The notes under the pieces are model-generated. The model was not told the origin of the DNA and did no database searches. It worked only from the letters and a program-made list of their open reading frames with translations. This document shows positions 19,412 to 33,209 of a stretch of 63,073 nucleotides of DNA, one piece after another. The stretch is taken from contig JBAUGX010000111.1 in NCBI GenBank assembly GCA_049679965.1, positions 1 to 63,073 on the forward strand, written 5' to 3'. Within the stretch, counting starts at the first letter, position 1, and every line of letters starts with the position of its first letter. The translations under genes and the position numbers were made by a program. The stretch comes from Vicinamibacterales bacterium (GTDB lineage Bacteria > Acidobacteriota > Vicinamibacteria > Vicinamibacterales > CAVVIG01).

Positions 19412-19723
19412 ATGAATGTCAGACCGCTACACGACCGGATTCTCGTCTCGCGCATCGACGAAGGCGAACAGCAAGTCGGCGGCATCATCATCCCGGATTC
19501 CGCCAAGGAGAAGCCGCAAAAAGGCACGGTCGTCGCAGCTGGCAATGGCAAGACCAACGACGAAGGTGAGCGCCGGCCGCTCGATGTCAAGGCGGGCGAC
19601 ACGATTCTCTTCGGCAAGTACTCCGGCCAGGAGATCAAGCTCGATGGCGTGGAGTACTTGATCATGAAGGAAGACGAAGTCCTCGGGGTCCTCGATACAG
19701 CCGGCGCAACCAGCAAGAAGTAG
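19412..19723 (+). CDS. groES: co-chaperonin GroES
   Basis: The protein begins [46 protein letters not shown] and continues ...[11 protein letters not shown]. Confidence 0.97.
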   Translation: MNVRPLHDRILVSRIDEGEQQVGGIIIPDSAKEKPQKGTVVAAGNGKTNDEGERRPLDVKAGDTILFGKYSGQEIKLDGVEYLIMKEDEVLGVLDTAGATSKK

Positions 19724-21358
<1,635 letters not shown>

Positions 21359-21377
21359 GGCATCACGCCGTCAGTGC

Positions 21378-21400
21378 GCGCTGGGGGGTTGCCCCAGCGC
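21378..21400 (+). terminator. GC-rich hairpin after groEL
   Basis: GCGCTGGGG-ggttg-CCCCAGCGC forms a 9-bp stem starting 20 nt after the groEL stop. No clean U-tract follows, so its function as an intrinsic terminator is uncertain. Confidence 0.4.
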
Positions 21401-21428
21401 TGGTACGTAAGTAAATGGAGTGTGAGTG

Positions 21429-21755
21429 ATGGGTAGAAAGCTATATGTCGGGAATCTTCCGTACGACACCGGTGAAACAGCGCTGCAGGAGTTGTTCGGG
21501 CAGTGCGGAACGGTGGATACGGTGCGCGTCATGCGCGACATGGCCACGGGTCGCGCGCGCGGCTTCGCGTTTGTCGAAATGATGACGGACGAAGAAGCGC
21601 AGGCGGCGATTGCCAAGCTCAACGAGCACCAGCTCGGCGGCCGTGCGCTCAGCGTGAACGAAGCGCGGCCCAAGCCCGCCTTTGCGGGCGGCGGCGGCGG
21701 GTACGGCGGCGGCGGCAACGGCGGCGGACGAGGCCGTTCGGAACCGCGCTGGTAA
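21429..21755 (+). CDS. RRM-type RNA-binding protein with Gly-rich tail
   Basis: RNP2 is KLYVGNL and RNP1 is RGFAFVEM. The C-terminus is GGGGGYGGGGNGGGRG. GGAG lies 8 nt before the ATG. Confidence 0.85.
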   Translation: MGRKLYVGNLPYDTGETALQELFGQCGTVDTVRVMRDMATGRARGFAFVEMMTDEEAQAAIAKLNEHQLGGRALSVNEARPKPAFAGGGGGYGGGGNGGGRGRSEPRW

Positions 21756-21774
21756 CACTGGTACAATCGGTTTG

Positions 21775-22290
21775 ATGGGTTCCCTGGCGGAGCTCTTAGC
21801 GACCAACGAACGGCAGGCGCTGGAATTCTTTCTTCAGCGCCTGCTGGACGTCTCCGGGCCCACCGTCGATCGACAGGAGCTTGCCTACAACGCCAGCGTC
21901 CTGGCGCACTACGCCCTGGTGTCCACCTACGCCGACCTCGAGTTTGCGACGCCCGCCACCCTCGGCGAGGTCTTCGACCATTTCGTCCTCGACACGACGC
22001 TGCTCAACGACAGCCTGATGATGGAAACGGCCGGCGCGCAGTGTCTGGTGCTCGCGGGCTTCTTCGAGGATCAGATGCGGCGGCGGCACAACATCCGCTG
22101 GTATGCGACCCTCGGCGCCGGCTTCTTCAAGCGGGCGGCCGTTCAGGAGCAATCCACGGCCAGGGCCCAGCTGCTCGACACGCTCGCCCGCAGCTTCGAG
22201 ACCTGGCGGCAGCGCCACGCGCGCCTCGCGCGCGAGCTGCGCGACGAGCCGTATCTGCTGCCCCCTCCGAAACCGCCCTCGATCATGTAG
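21775..22290 (+). CDS. hypothetical protein (171 aa)
   Basis: The ATG lies 19 nt after the RRM gene. The composition is balanced and helical (ELLATNERQALEFFLQRLLDVS...). No family recognised. Confidence 0.5.
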   Translation: MGSLAELLATNERQALEFFLQRLLDVSGPTVDRQELAYNASVLAHYALVSTYADLEFATPATLGEVFDHFVLDTTLLNDSLMMETAGAQCLVLAGFFEDQMRRRHNIRWYATLGAGFFKRAAVQEQSTARAQLLDTLARSFETWRQRHARLARELRDEPYLLPPPKPPSIM

Positions 22291-22330
22291 AACGCAGCGG
22301 CCGGACGCGATCGCCTAACTGCGGGCGGTA

Positions 22331-22554
22331 GGTTCTCCGCGCAGCGATCTCCGAACCCGTGATCCGTGCCGTTGCGGTAAACCCCTGACGGCGCTTGCCA
22401 TGTACAGACCAAGATCGAATCAGCAGTTGATCGCTGCGCTGCCGAGCGCCCAGCGCGAGCGGGGGTGGACCCGCGAGCTGTGAGCAAGAGTCCGAACCGG
22501 ACGCCCGCAGTTCCGGCGCCCGACACGGGGGGCGGCGGCCGACGCCGTCCAGCC
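22331..22554. repeat. composite intergenic repeat, copy A (module X inverted 22331-22380; module Y 22394-22554)
   Basis: This copy shares a 37-nt identical core (22493-22529, CGAACCGGACGCCCGCAGTTCCGGCGCCCGACACGGG) and flanking ~80% similar sequence with 30657-30777. Its X module matches 30484-30545 in the opposite orientation. Confidence 0.7.
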
Positions 22555-22563
22555 GCCGCTCAG

Positions 22564-23109
22564 TCAGGCGTGGACCGGATACCTGGACACGGCGCCGGTC
22601 AGCGTATCCGCGCCGATCGACACGAACAGCTCGCGGTCCGCGATCGAGAGGCTGAAGGCCATGCGCCGCTCGAGGCGGGCGGCCAGGCTGGAGACGAGCG
22701 CCCGATCGATGCCGTAGAGCTCGAGCGCCTCGGCCTTGTGGATCTTCTCGCCGGCCAGGCGCCCCACCAACTGCGCCGGATCCTTGTGGGTGTAGACGAC
22801 GACGCGCGGGGCGGCCTTGGAGGCTTTGTGCAGGCGGGCCGCGTCGGGCGTACCCACGTCGATCCACGCCTGAATCCGCCCCGTCAGATCGCGAACCGCG
22901 ATGGCCGGCTCGTCGGGATCCGAGAGGCCCCCGGCCGAGAACGCGATGCCCGCGGCAAATTCCAGCATGTAGGCCAGCAGGCGCGTGACCAGGTACTCCT
23001 CGGATTCGGACGGATGCCTTGCGACGCGCAGCGCCAGCGACTCGTAGACGCGGCGGTCGGCGTCGGCCAGTTCGATGTCGAAGTTGTGGATGGTTGCGGT
23101 CAGCGCCAT
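22564..23109 (-). CDS. yaeQ: YaeQ family protein
   Basis: MALTATIHNFDIELADADRRVYESLALRVARHPSESEEYLVTRLLAYMLEF aligns closely with E. coli YaeQ as I remember it. Confidence 0.85.
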   Translation of the reverse strand: MALTATIHNFDIELADADRRVYESLALRVARHPSESEEYLVTRLLAYMLEFAAGIAFSAGGLSDPDEPAIAVRDLTGRIQAWIDVGTPDAARLHKASKAAPRVVVYTHKDPAQLVGRLAGEKIHKAEALELYGIDRALVSSLAARLERRMAFSLSIADRELFVSIGADTLTGAVSRYPVHA

Positions 23110-23149
23110 TGCCTGAGACTCTCACGGAAACCGCGCGGATCTCGGATTC

Positions 23150-25078
<1,929 letters not shown>

Positions 25079-25168
25079 CGTTTACGGTTAAGGGGACGGA
25101 CAAGGCAAGCGTACCACGCACGCGATCGACCGATATACCAGTGAGGACTATAGGCCAAGGAGGGTCTG

Positions 25169-25618
25169 ATGAGCCGTCTGGATCGTCGCGGGCTGCTGAC
25201 GTCACTACTCGCCGCGTTGGGCGGCGTGCTCACCTTACATATCGGCGACACGGAGGCTGGCCAGCGCCGGGCCGTCCGCCGCCGGGTTCGGCGCCGCGTC
25301 CGCCGCCGCATTCGCCGCCGCGCGATCACACGCGTGGTGGCCGGCCGGCGGGTCTGGGTGGTCCCGGTCGGCGCCGGCGTGGGCTGGGAACTCGTGCACG
25401 AGAACCGCGTCGTCGTCGTGAAGGAATTCAAGACGGTCGACCGCGACGGCGCCAAGGTCCAGATGGCCGTCGTGCAGGACAGCGCCGGCAAGCTCGAAGA
25501 AGTCGAGATCGTGCGCGAAGACACGGGCGACAATCGCAAGGATCTCGACGGCAGCATCCTCGCCGATAACGACAAGACCACGCCCGGCCGAGAGGTGGAG
25601 ATCGAAGTCAACGAATAG
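25169..25618 (+). CDS. small Tat-signal protein with an arginine run
   Basis: AAGGAGGG lies upstream of the ATG. The N-terminus MSRLDRRGLLTSLLAALGGVLTL is twin-arginine-like. It is followed by RRAVRRRVRRRVRRRIRRR and an acidic beta-rich C-terminus. Confidence 0.55.
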   Translation: MSRLDRRGLLTSLLAALGGVLTLHIGDTEAGQRRAVRRRVRRRVRRRIRRRAITRVVAGRRVWVVPVGAGVGWELVHENRVVVVKEFKTVDRDGAKVQMAVVQDSAGKLEEVEIVREDTGDNRKDLDGSILADNDKTTPGREVEIEVNE

Positions 25619-25671
25619 CCGGCCGCGTGTCGGTATACTCTCTCGGATTTCCACTAGCGTCGAGGAGGACT

Positions 25672-26814
25672 GTGAGTCGAGACAACGCGCGGCGTCTCTT
25701 ATGGGCGGCCTTGGTCGCCACCATCACCTGGCCGGCCCCGCTAACCGCCCAGACCGTTCCACAGCCAACCGTGATGGCGGTCCGCGCGGGCGATTGCCGC
25801 GTGCGTGTGGATGTGCCCGCACGCACCGGCGCATCGGCGCTCGAGGTGCAGCTCAACAAGGGCCGGATCGGCCGGCTCGATCTCGATCCGGGACCGCAGA
25901 CCGTGCTGCTGCCGCTCCAGGCGCCCCTCGAAGAGGGCGATGAGGTTCGCGCGCGACTCGACGAGGGACCGTGGCAGACGACGAGCGCAACTCCAGTCGA
26001 TCAGGGCGGCCGGTCGTCATGCGGTCCGGTCGCCTCGCCCCGGGCGGCAACCGATCGCGACGTCTTCGAAGCGTCTGGGTTCTTCGGATTTGCGTTCGAT
26101 CAGTTCGCGCCGAAGATTGTCGGCAACTACGTCGCGCAGGGAGACGTGGTGGGCAGCGGGCAGGTGCAGTCTCGACGGACGGCGGGTCTCGCCCTCGACT
26201 ACCGCGTCCTCGGAGGCCCGCGGGACCGACTGCAGTTCTGGACCGCCGCGTACACCTTCTACGGCATTCGCACGACAGACATCGACTGCCAGGCCAACGC
26301 CGACAGCCCCCTGTGCGCGAAGGTCGCCACGACACAAGACAAGTACCTGTTCATCCTCGAACACGCGTCGTCGCTCGAGGCCCACTTCGCTCCGCGCCTC
26401 GAGTTCTGGACGCTCCAGGAGAACTCGGCGACACCGCTCCGGGTGTTCGTCGGCGGACAGTTCGGCTTCGTGCAGGTCGAAGGGGCGCCAAAAGTTTCCG
26501 AGATCGATCATCTCGGTGTGGGCGTGATCGTCCCGTCGGGACCGTTTCGACGGAGCAGCATCCAATGGTCGATGGCTCGAAACTCGCTGTTTGAGAGCGC
26601 GGGCGGGATCCGCTTTGCGGTCAATGGCGTGCTGGCCTTCGACCTGGTGCCGACGCTCAAGGAGCGGGCGGCGTTCTGGAAATACACGGGCTTCGGATCC
26701 TGGCGGGCTTTCGTCGCGATTTCGATCGACCGGAACGTCGGCGGTCCCGGTCCTGATGCCGTTCAAACCTACGCGGGCTTCCTGTTCGATTTCCGGCAGG
26801 CGTTCCGCCCATGA
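25672..26814 (+). CDS. secreted protein, probable outer-membrane beta-barrel
   Basis: GTG 25672 follows AGGAGG and gives the signal peptide VSRDNARRLLWAALVATITWPAPLTAQ. The C-terminal two-thirds show alternating hydrophobic beta-strand patterns (LQFWTAAYTFYGI, LRVFVGGQFGFVQV, IRFAVNGVLAFDL, WRAFVAISID, YAGFLFDF). The start could instead be 25627. Confidence 0.5.
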   Translation: MSRDNARRLLWAALVATITWPAPLTAQTVPQPTVMAVRAGDCRVRVDVPARTGASALEVQLNKGRIGRLDLDPGPQTVLLPLQAPLEEGDEVRARLDEGPWQTTSATPVDQGGRSSCGPVASPRAATDRDVFEASGFFGFAFDQFAPKIVGNYVAQGDVVGSGQVQSRRTAGLALDYRVLGGPRDRLQFWTAAYTFYGIRTTDIDCQANADSPLCAKVATTQDKYLFILEHASSLEAHFAPRLEFWTLQENSATPLRVFVGGQFGFVQVEGAPKVSEIDHLGVGVIVPSGPFRRSSIQWSMARNSLFESAGGIRFAVNGVLAFDLVPTLKERAAFWKYTGFGSWRAFVAISIDRNVGGPGPDAVQTYAGFLFDFRQAFRP

Positions 26815-28565
26815 AGCCCGCGGCCCATCTCCACAAGCTCATTGTCTGCCTGATCGTGGCGAGCGCCGCGGTAGCCCATGCCGCGCTTCAAGTGTCGACC
26901 TGCAGCGACTGCCTGCGGGCGCGCTACTGGAACGTACCGCCCGATGGCTGGGCCACCGGCACGCTGACAGAATTCCCCGAGACGGCGCGGCTGCGCGAGC
27001 GGCGGCCCGTCGACCTCGGCATCGCCTTTTCCGGGGGTGGCACCCGTTCGGCCACCGCCACGCTCGGCGAACTCCGTGGCCTTGCGCAGAACGGGTGGCT
27101 CGACCGCGTTCGGTACATCACCGCCGTCTCGGGAGGCGCCTGGGCCGCGGTGCCCTTCACCTTCTCGAAGCAGGAACGACAGGTTCTGCTTGGCCGCTTC
27201 GATCCGCCTGGCAGGCTCGTCTACAAGCAGGTCACCGACGAGCCCAGCGGGTCGCTGGCGGCCGCGGTCGTCAACTCGTCGTTTGCCGGCCCAGGCTTCC
27301 GCGAAGCGGTCGGGCAGATCGGTCAGTCGCTCGTTTCAAGCGCGTTCGCCGAGTATCAAGACGATCTCAAAGGCCTGCTCGGAAAGCTCGGCGGCGGAGC
27401 GCGAAGCCGGACGTATGCCCGGCTGCTCGACACGACGTTCATTGAGCCGCTGGTGCCGGGCGGCAGCGGGCGGTTCTTCGCGTGGGACACCGAGACGATC
27501 GGCGAGGCCCTGGCCCTCAATCCCACGCTGAGTTACGCGGATTTTCTCGCCGCGGGCTCGGACGACCGGCCGTTTCTCATCGTCGGCGCCTCGATGGTGG
27601 CGACGCATCCCAACTATGACTATCCGCGGCTCATTCCCGTGGAGTACACGCCTCTCTATGCGGGCGTGCGGCAGCGATTCGGCCGATTCGGCGGCACCTA
27701 CATCTGGTCGTGGGCCTACGGAAGTTCGTCGCTCGAGACACCGGCCAACGGCATCGTCGACGTCCGTCGGCCCGCCAGCGAGCCGCCCTTCAGCCTGGCC
27801 GACGTCGTCGCCAGCACGGGCGCCGCTCCGCAGCTGTTTCTCCTGCTCGGCGGACCCGCGCCGCGCGCCGCGGCCGCCCTCCAGGCGGCGGCCGGCGTGT
27901 TTCCGTCCTTCCGTCACGCCGTCGTCCGCGAGGGACGCGCGAGCGTCGCCACCGAAACGCTGCCGCACGGCGACGGCGGCTTCACCGACAACCTCGGCCT
28001 GATGCCGCTGCTCGCCAGGCACGTGGGCAACATCATCGTCTTCGTCAACACGAAATCGGAATTCGACGAGAACAAGGACATCGAAGAATTCTTCCGTCCG
28101 GTGCGCGATCAGACCCCAGAGGGCGACCGGTCGATGAACCACGTCTTCGACGAGAGCCGGTACCACGAGCTCGTGGCGGGCTTTCGCGATCGGCTCTCTC
28201 GCGGCCAGGCCCTCGTGTACTGCGGGCGGAACTGGCACGTCGGCAGCAACGAGTTCTACAACATCAGCAGCTACGACGGTCTGAACATCTGCTGGGTGTA
28301 CAACCACGCCGCGACGCGATGGGAGGACGAGCTGCCGCCGGATGTGCGCGCGCTGCTCGGCGAGACGGGCGAGAACGACACGCTGGGGAGCTTCAAGAAT
28401 TTTCCCTGGTACGAGACGTTCGGCCAGAACAAGCCGAGCGCGATCAAGCTCACCACGGCGCAAGTGAATCTGCTGGCCAACCTGACCTCGTGGTCGGTCA
28501 CCAACGAGGAAAGCATCCGCGTCATCACCGAAGGATTGAGCGTCGTCAGCCCTCCGAGACCGTAA
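26811..28565 (+). CDS. secreted cPLA2/patatin-like serine-aspartate lipase
   Basis: The start forms an ATGA overlap with the previous gene. The signal peptide is MKPAAHLHKLIVCLIVASAAVAHA. The oxyanion motif is FSGGGTRS, the nucleophile elbow is AVSGGAW, and the catalytic Asp motif is HGDGGFTDNLGL. Confidence 0.7.
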   Translation: MKPAAHLHKLIVCLIVASAAVAHAALQVSTCSDCLRARYWNVPPDGWATGTLTEFPETARLRERRPVDLGIAFSGGGTRSATATLGELRGLAQNGWLDRVRYITAVSGGAWAAVPFTFSKQERQVLLGRFDPPGRLVYKQVTDEPSGSLAAAVVNSSFAGPGFREAVGQIGQSLVSSAFAEYQDDLKGLLGKLGGGARSRTYARLLDTTFIEPLVPGGSGRFFAWDTETIGEALALNPTLSYADFLAAGSDDRPFLIVGASMVATHPNYDYPRLIPVEYTPLYAGVRQRFGRFGGTYIWSWAYGSSSLETPANGIVDVRRPASEPPFSLADVVASTGAAPQLFLLLGGPAPRAAAALQAAAGVFPSFRHAVVREGRASVATETLPHGDGGFTDNLGLMPLLARHVGNIIVFVNTKSEFDENKDIEEFFRPVRDQTPEGDRSMNHVFDESRYHELVAGFRDRLSRGQALVYCGRNWHVGSNEFYNISSYDGLNICWVYNHAATRWEDELPPDVRALLGETGENDTLGSFKNFPWYETFGQNKPSAIKLTTAQVNLLANLTSWSVTNEESIRVITEGLSVVSPPRP

Positions 28566-28582
28566 GACGGGGGTCGGGTGGG

Positions 28583-29788
28583 TTACGCGGCCTGGACCCG
28601 GTTGCGCCCTGATTGTTTGGCGCGATACAGGGCCTTGTCGGCCGCTTCGATGACGAGGCGTGGCGACGCGAGCTTTTCGCTGAGTTCCGCGACGCCGATG
28701 CTGACCGTGAGGTGCACGTGCCGGCCCGCGCGCGGCAAGGCGCGCCGCTCGGCGGGCTTCTGCGTGGGACGCAGCGATCCGCGCAGGCTGAAACCGGTGG
28801 CTTCGATGCGGGCCCGCAGCGCCTCCAGATGCGGCAGCGCGTCCTTGCGCGACCGGCCGGCAAACACCACCGAGAATTCCTCGCCGCCATAGCGGAAGAC
28901 GCGTCCTCCCCCGCCGACGGTCTCCAGCTGGCCGGCCACCTTGCGCAGCACCTGGTCGCCGGCGGCGTGGCCGTAGGCATCGTTGAATCGCTTGAAGTGA
29001 TCGACATCCACCATGGCCAGCGCAAAGCGTCCGTGCAGCTGGGGCAGGAATTCGTCGAGCGCGCGCCGGCTGGCGAGGCCGGTCAACGCATCGACGTAGG
29101 CCATGGCATGCGCGTGCTCGACGAGCGAGACCGACACGATGAGCGCGCCCGATCCGAAGTACAGCATGGCCAGGCGCGGGTCGTGCAGTCCGTGCACGCC
29201 CGCAAACGCCGCCACGAGCAGCCAGAACAGCCCGCGATCCGTGGGACGCCGGCGCCAGAGGAAGATGCCCGCGAGCAGGATCGCCGCCGCGCCGAAGGCC
29301 ACGAGCGCCGGCTCGCCCACCCAGGACCACTGGAACCACCCCGAGGGCATCGGCGCATATGCCAGCTGTCCCTCCATCCAGGGATTGGCGCCGCGCGGCA
29401 GCACGAGAAGCACCACCGCCTGCACGGCGAGCGCGGTGGCCGCCAACAGGCTGGTCCGCGCGAAGAGACCCCGATCCGGCAGGAGGGCAAAGACGATCAG
29501 GTTGAGAGGCAGCAGCAGGGCCAGCGTTTGGGGCTGCCAGTGCGGCGCGCCGTCGGCCGTGTAGAGCGCCGGCAGCAGCCACGCCGCCGCACCGATCACG
29601 GCGAGGGAGGCCACGGGCCGGCTGCGGTTGTACATCCCGCCCAACACGGCTCCGGCGGCCAGGGCCAGAAGGGCGAAACCCGTGAGGAACGGCTCAGCCG
29701 CCGAGAGCGCCGGCACCGACAGCTGCACGCCCGCCGCGCACAGGAGCAGCACGCCGCCGGGGAACCATAATTGTTCGGAGAATTTCAC
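28583..29788 (-). CDS. membrane-bound diguanylate cyclase (GGDEF)
   Basis: DALTGLASRR...DVDHFKRFNDAYGHAAGDQVL...FRYGGEEFSVV...SIGVAE...ADKALYRAKQSGRNRV is preceded by ~6 TM helices. GTG 29788 follows AAGGAAAAA. The track ORF's upstream extension is Arg/Pro noise. Confidence 0.85.
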   Translation of the reverse strand: MKFSEQLWFPGGVLLLCAAGVQLSVPALSAAEPFLTGFALLALAAGAVLGGMYNRSRPVASLAVIGAAAWLLPALYTADGAPHWQPQTLALLLPLNLIVFALLPDRGLFARTSLLAATALAVQAVVLLVLPRGANPWMEGQLAYAPMPSGWFQWSWVGEPALVAFGAAAILLAGIFLWRRRPTDRGLFWLLVAAFAGVHGLHDPRLAMLYFGSGALIVSVSLVEHAHAMAYVDALTGLASRRALDEFLPQLHGRFALAMVDVDHFKRFNDAYGHAAGDQVLRKVAGQLETVGGGGRVFRYGGEEFSVVFAGRSRKDALPHLEALRARIEATGFSLRGSLRPTQKPAERRALPRAGRHVHLTVSIGVAELSEKLASPRLVIEAADKALYRAKQSGRNRVQAA

Positions 29789-29929
29789 TTCGTGTTTTTC
29801 CTTGGAGGTCTTTCGCGCGCTTTGCCCATAAAGCGCACATGCACGCCTTTTTGATACCCTGCAGCAGCAACCTTCGTTCCGCGACGCTGGGGCGACCGCC
29901 AAAAAGGGCTGACAACCGAGCACAGATCC

Positions 29930-30346
29930 ATGATCAAGATTACGGACGACATCGTTCTCGACGACCGCGACGTGCAAGAGCGCTTCGTTCGCGCGTCGGG
30001 CCCTGGCGGTCAGAACGTCAACAAGGTGGCGACCGCCGTCGAGCTGCGGTTCGACGTGCGCCGCTCGTCGCTCCCGCCCGACGTGAAGGAACGCCTGATG
30101 GCGCTCGCCGGACGCCGCATGACGACCGACGGCGTGCTGCTCATCGACAGCCGCGTGCACCGCGAGCAGCTCCAGAATCGCGAGGCCGCGCGGGCGCGGC
30201 TCGTGGCGCTCCTCAAGCGCGCCGCGGTGCGGCCCAAGAAGCGGCGGCCAACCAGGCCGAAGGCCGCGTCGCGCGAGAAACGCCTGGCGACGAAAAAACA
30301 GCGGAGTTCGGTAAAGAAGCTGCGAACGAGCAAGAACGAAGATTAG
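29930..30346 (+). CDS. arfB: alternative ribosome-rescue factor ArfB (peptidyl-tRNA hydrolase)
   Basis: The GGQ motif context is RASGPGGQNVNKVATAVELRFD. The basic tail is KKRRPTRPKAASREKRLATKKQRSSVKK. Confidence 0.9.
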   Translation: MIKITDDIVLDDRDVQERFVRASGPGGQNVNKVATAVELRFDVRRSSLPPDVKERLMALAGRRMTTDGVLLIDSRVHREQLQNREAARARLVALLKRAAVRPKKRRPTRPKAASREKRLATKKQRSSVKKLRTSKNED

Positions 30347-30483
30347 GAGCCGCGTTCTCTTATTCGGCGGTCGTACCGGCCGGCTGCGGCCGGGTCGCAC
30401 GCCGGGAAGTCGAGTCTTCGCTCACACTCTGTCAGTCCCGCGGCGACTAGCGCTGATTCGATCGACGGCCATTCACGGCATGC

Positions 30484-30777
30484 ACCGGCAACGCTAACGC
30501 GACGGGCACGGATCGCGCAGACCGAAGTCGCCGCGAGGAATCGCTTCGACTCGACTTCCGGCAAGCGTTGCATCGGCGTGCTCCTACGGCCGCTGCCGTC
30601 CGGTACGACCGCCCCGCCTAACGAGGAACACCAGCGACCTTCATCTTGACTCGATACTTGCCATGTACGGACCAAGCCCAAGCCAGATGTTGATCGCCGC
30701 GCTAGCGAGAGAATACGAACCGGACGCCCGCAGTTCCGGCGCCCGACACGGGTGGCGGCGGCCGATGGCGTCCAGCC
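30484..30777. repeat. composite intergenic repeat, copy B (module X 30484-30545; module Y 30657-30777)
   Basis: See copy A. The 37-nt identical core lies at 30716-30752. The repeat sits in the 485-nt gap between arfB and the ABC-F gene. Confidence 0.7.
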
Positions 30778-30831
30778 TGCATGGCACGCAAAGCCTTCGC
30801 CTGCGAACCAGAGATAGACTTAGAGCGTCGC

Positions 30832-32469
<1,638 letters not shown>

Positions 32470-32481
32470 CGCCGTAACGTC

Positions 32482-33204
32482 GTGGTCGAATCGATGAATT
32501 GCCCCGGTTGCGGCGCCGACATGGAGACCGAGTCCCTCACCGGCCATGTGGGGACGTCGATCGCGATTGACCTCTGCCGGCCCTGCCAGGTGTTCTGGTT
32601 CGACGCGCACGAAAGCCCGCAGCTCTCACCGGCCTCGGTCCTGAAGCTGTTTCGCGTCATCGGCGAACACGCGCTGGCCGCGCGCCCGCTGGTGGCTGGC
32701 CAGCCTGCCTGCCCGCGCTGCAGCCTCCGTCTGCTCCTCACCCACGACCAGCAGCGCAGCACGAAGTTCCAGTATCTGCGCTGCGCGCGAGACCACGGGC
32801 GGCTCATCACCTTCGTCGATTTCCTGCGCGAGAAAGACTTCATCAAGCCGCTGTCGGCCCAGCAGATCGAAGACCTGCGCCGGCACGTGCAGACCGTCAA
32901 TTGCTCGAACTGCGGCGCCCCGATCGACCTGGCGAAGAGCTCGTCCTGCCCCCATTGCGGCTCGCCGCTGTCGATGCTCGACATGAAGCAGGCGGGCGCG
33001 CTCGTCGCCCAGCTGCACGAATCGACCGAGCCGCGACCGATCGATCCGGCCCTGCCGCTGCAGCTCGAGCGGGCGCGCCGCGAGGTCGACCTGGCGTTTG
33101 AGGCCTTCGAGCGCCGGCCCGGCTGGTTCGACGACGTGTCGCGGGGCGGGCTGGTGGCGGCCGGCCTCAGCTCCCTCGCGCGCTGGCTGAAACGTCAGGG
33201 GTGA
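32482..33204 (+). CDS. multi-zinc-ribbon protein (TFIIB-type zf modules)
   Basis: There are three Cys4 modules: CPGCG..CRPC, CPRC..., and CSNCG...CPHCG. The start is GTG 32482 or ATG 32494. Confidence 0.7.
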   Translation: MVESMNCPGCGADMETESLTGHVGTSIAIDLCRPCQVFWFDAHESPQLSPASVLKLFRVIGEHALAARPLVAGQPACPRCSLRLLLTHDQQRSTKFQYLRCARDHGRLITFVDFLREKDFIKPLSAQQIEDLRRHVQTVNCSNCGAPIDLAKSSSCPHCGSPLSMLDMKQAGALVAQLHESTEPRPIDPALPLQLERARREVDLAFEAFERRPGWFDDVSRGGLVAAGLSSLARWLKRQG

Positions 33205-33209
33205 GCGGC

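Noticed and set aside
25265-25321. A 12-nt tandem periodicity that could be mistaken for a short repeat array or CRISPR-like structure.
   Set aside because: It lies inside a well-supported ORF and simply encodes (RRR[V/I])n. It has no spacers and no repeat-spacer architecture. No CRISPR array exists anywhere in the window.
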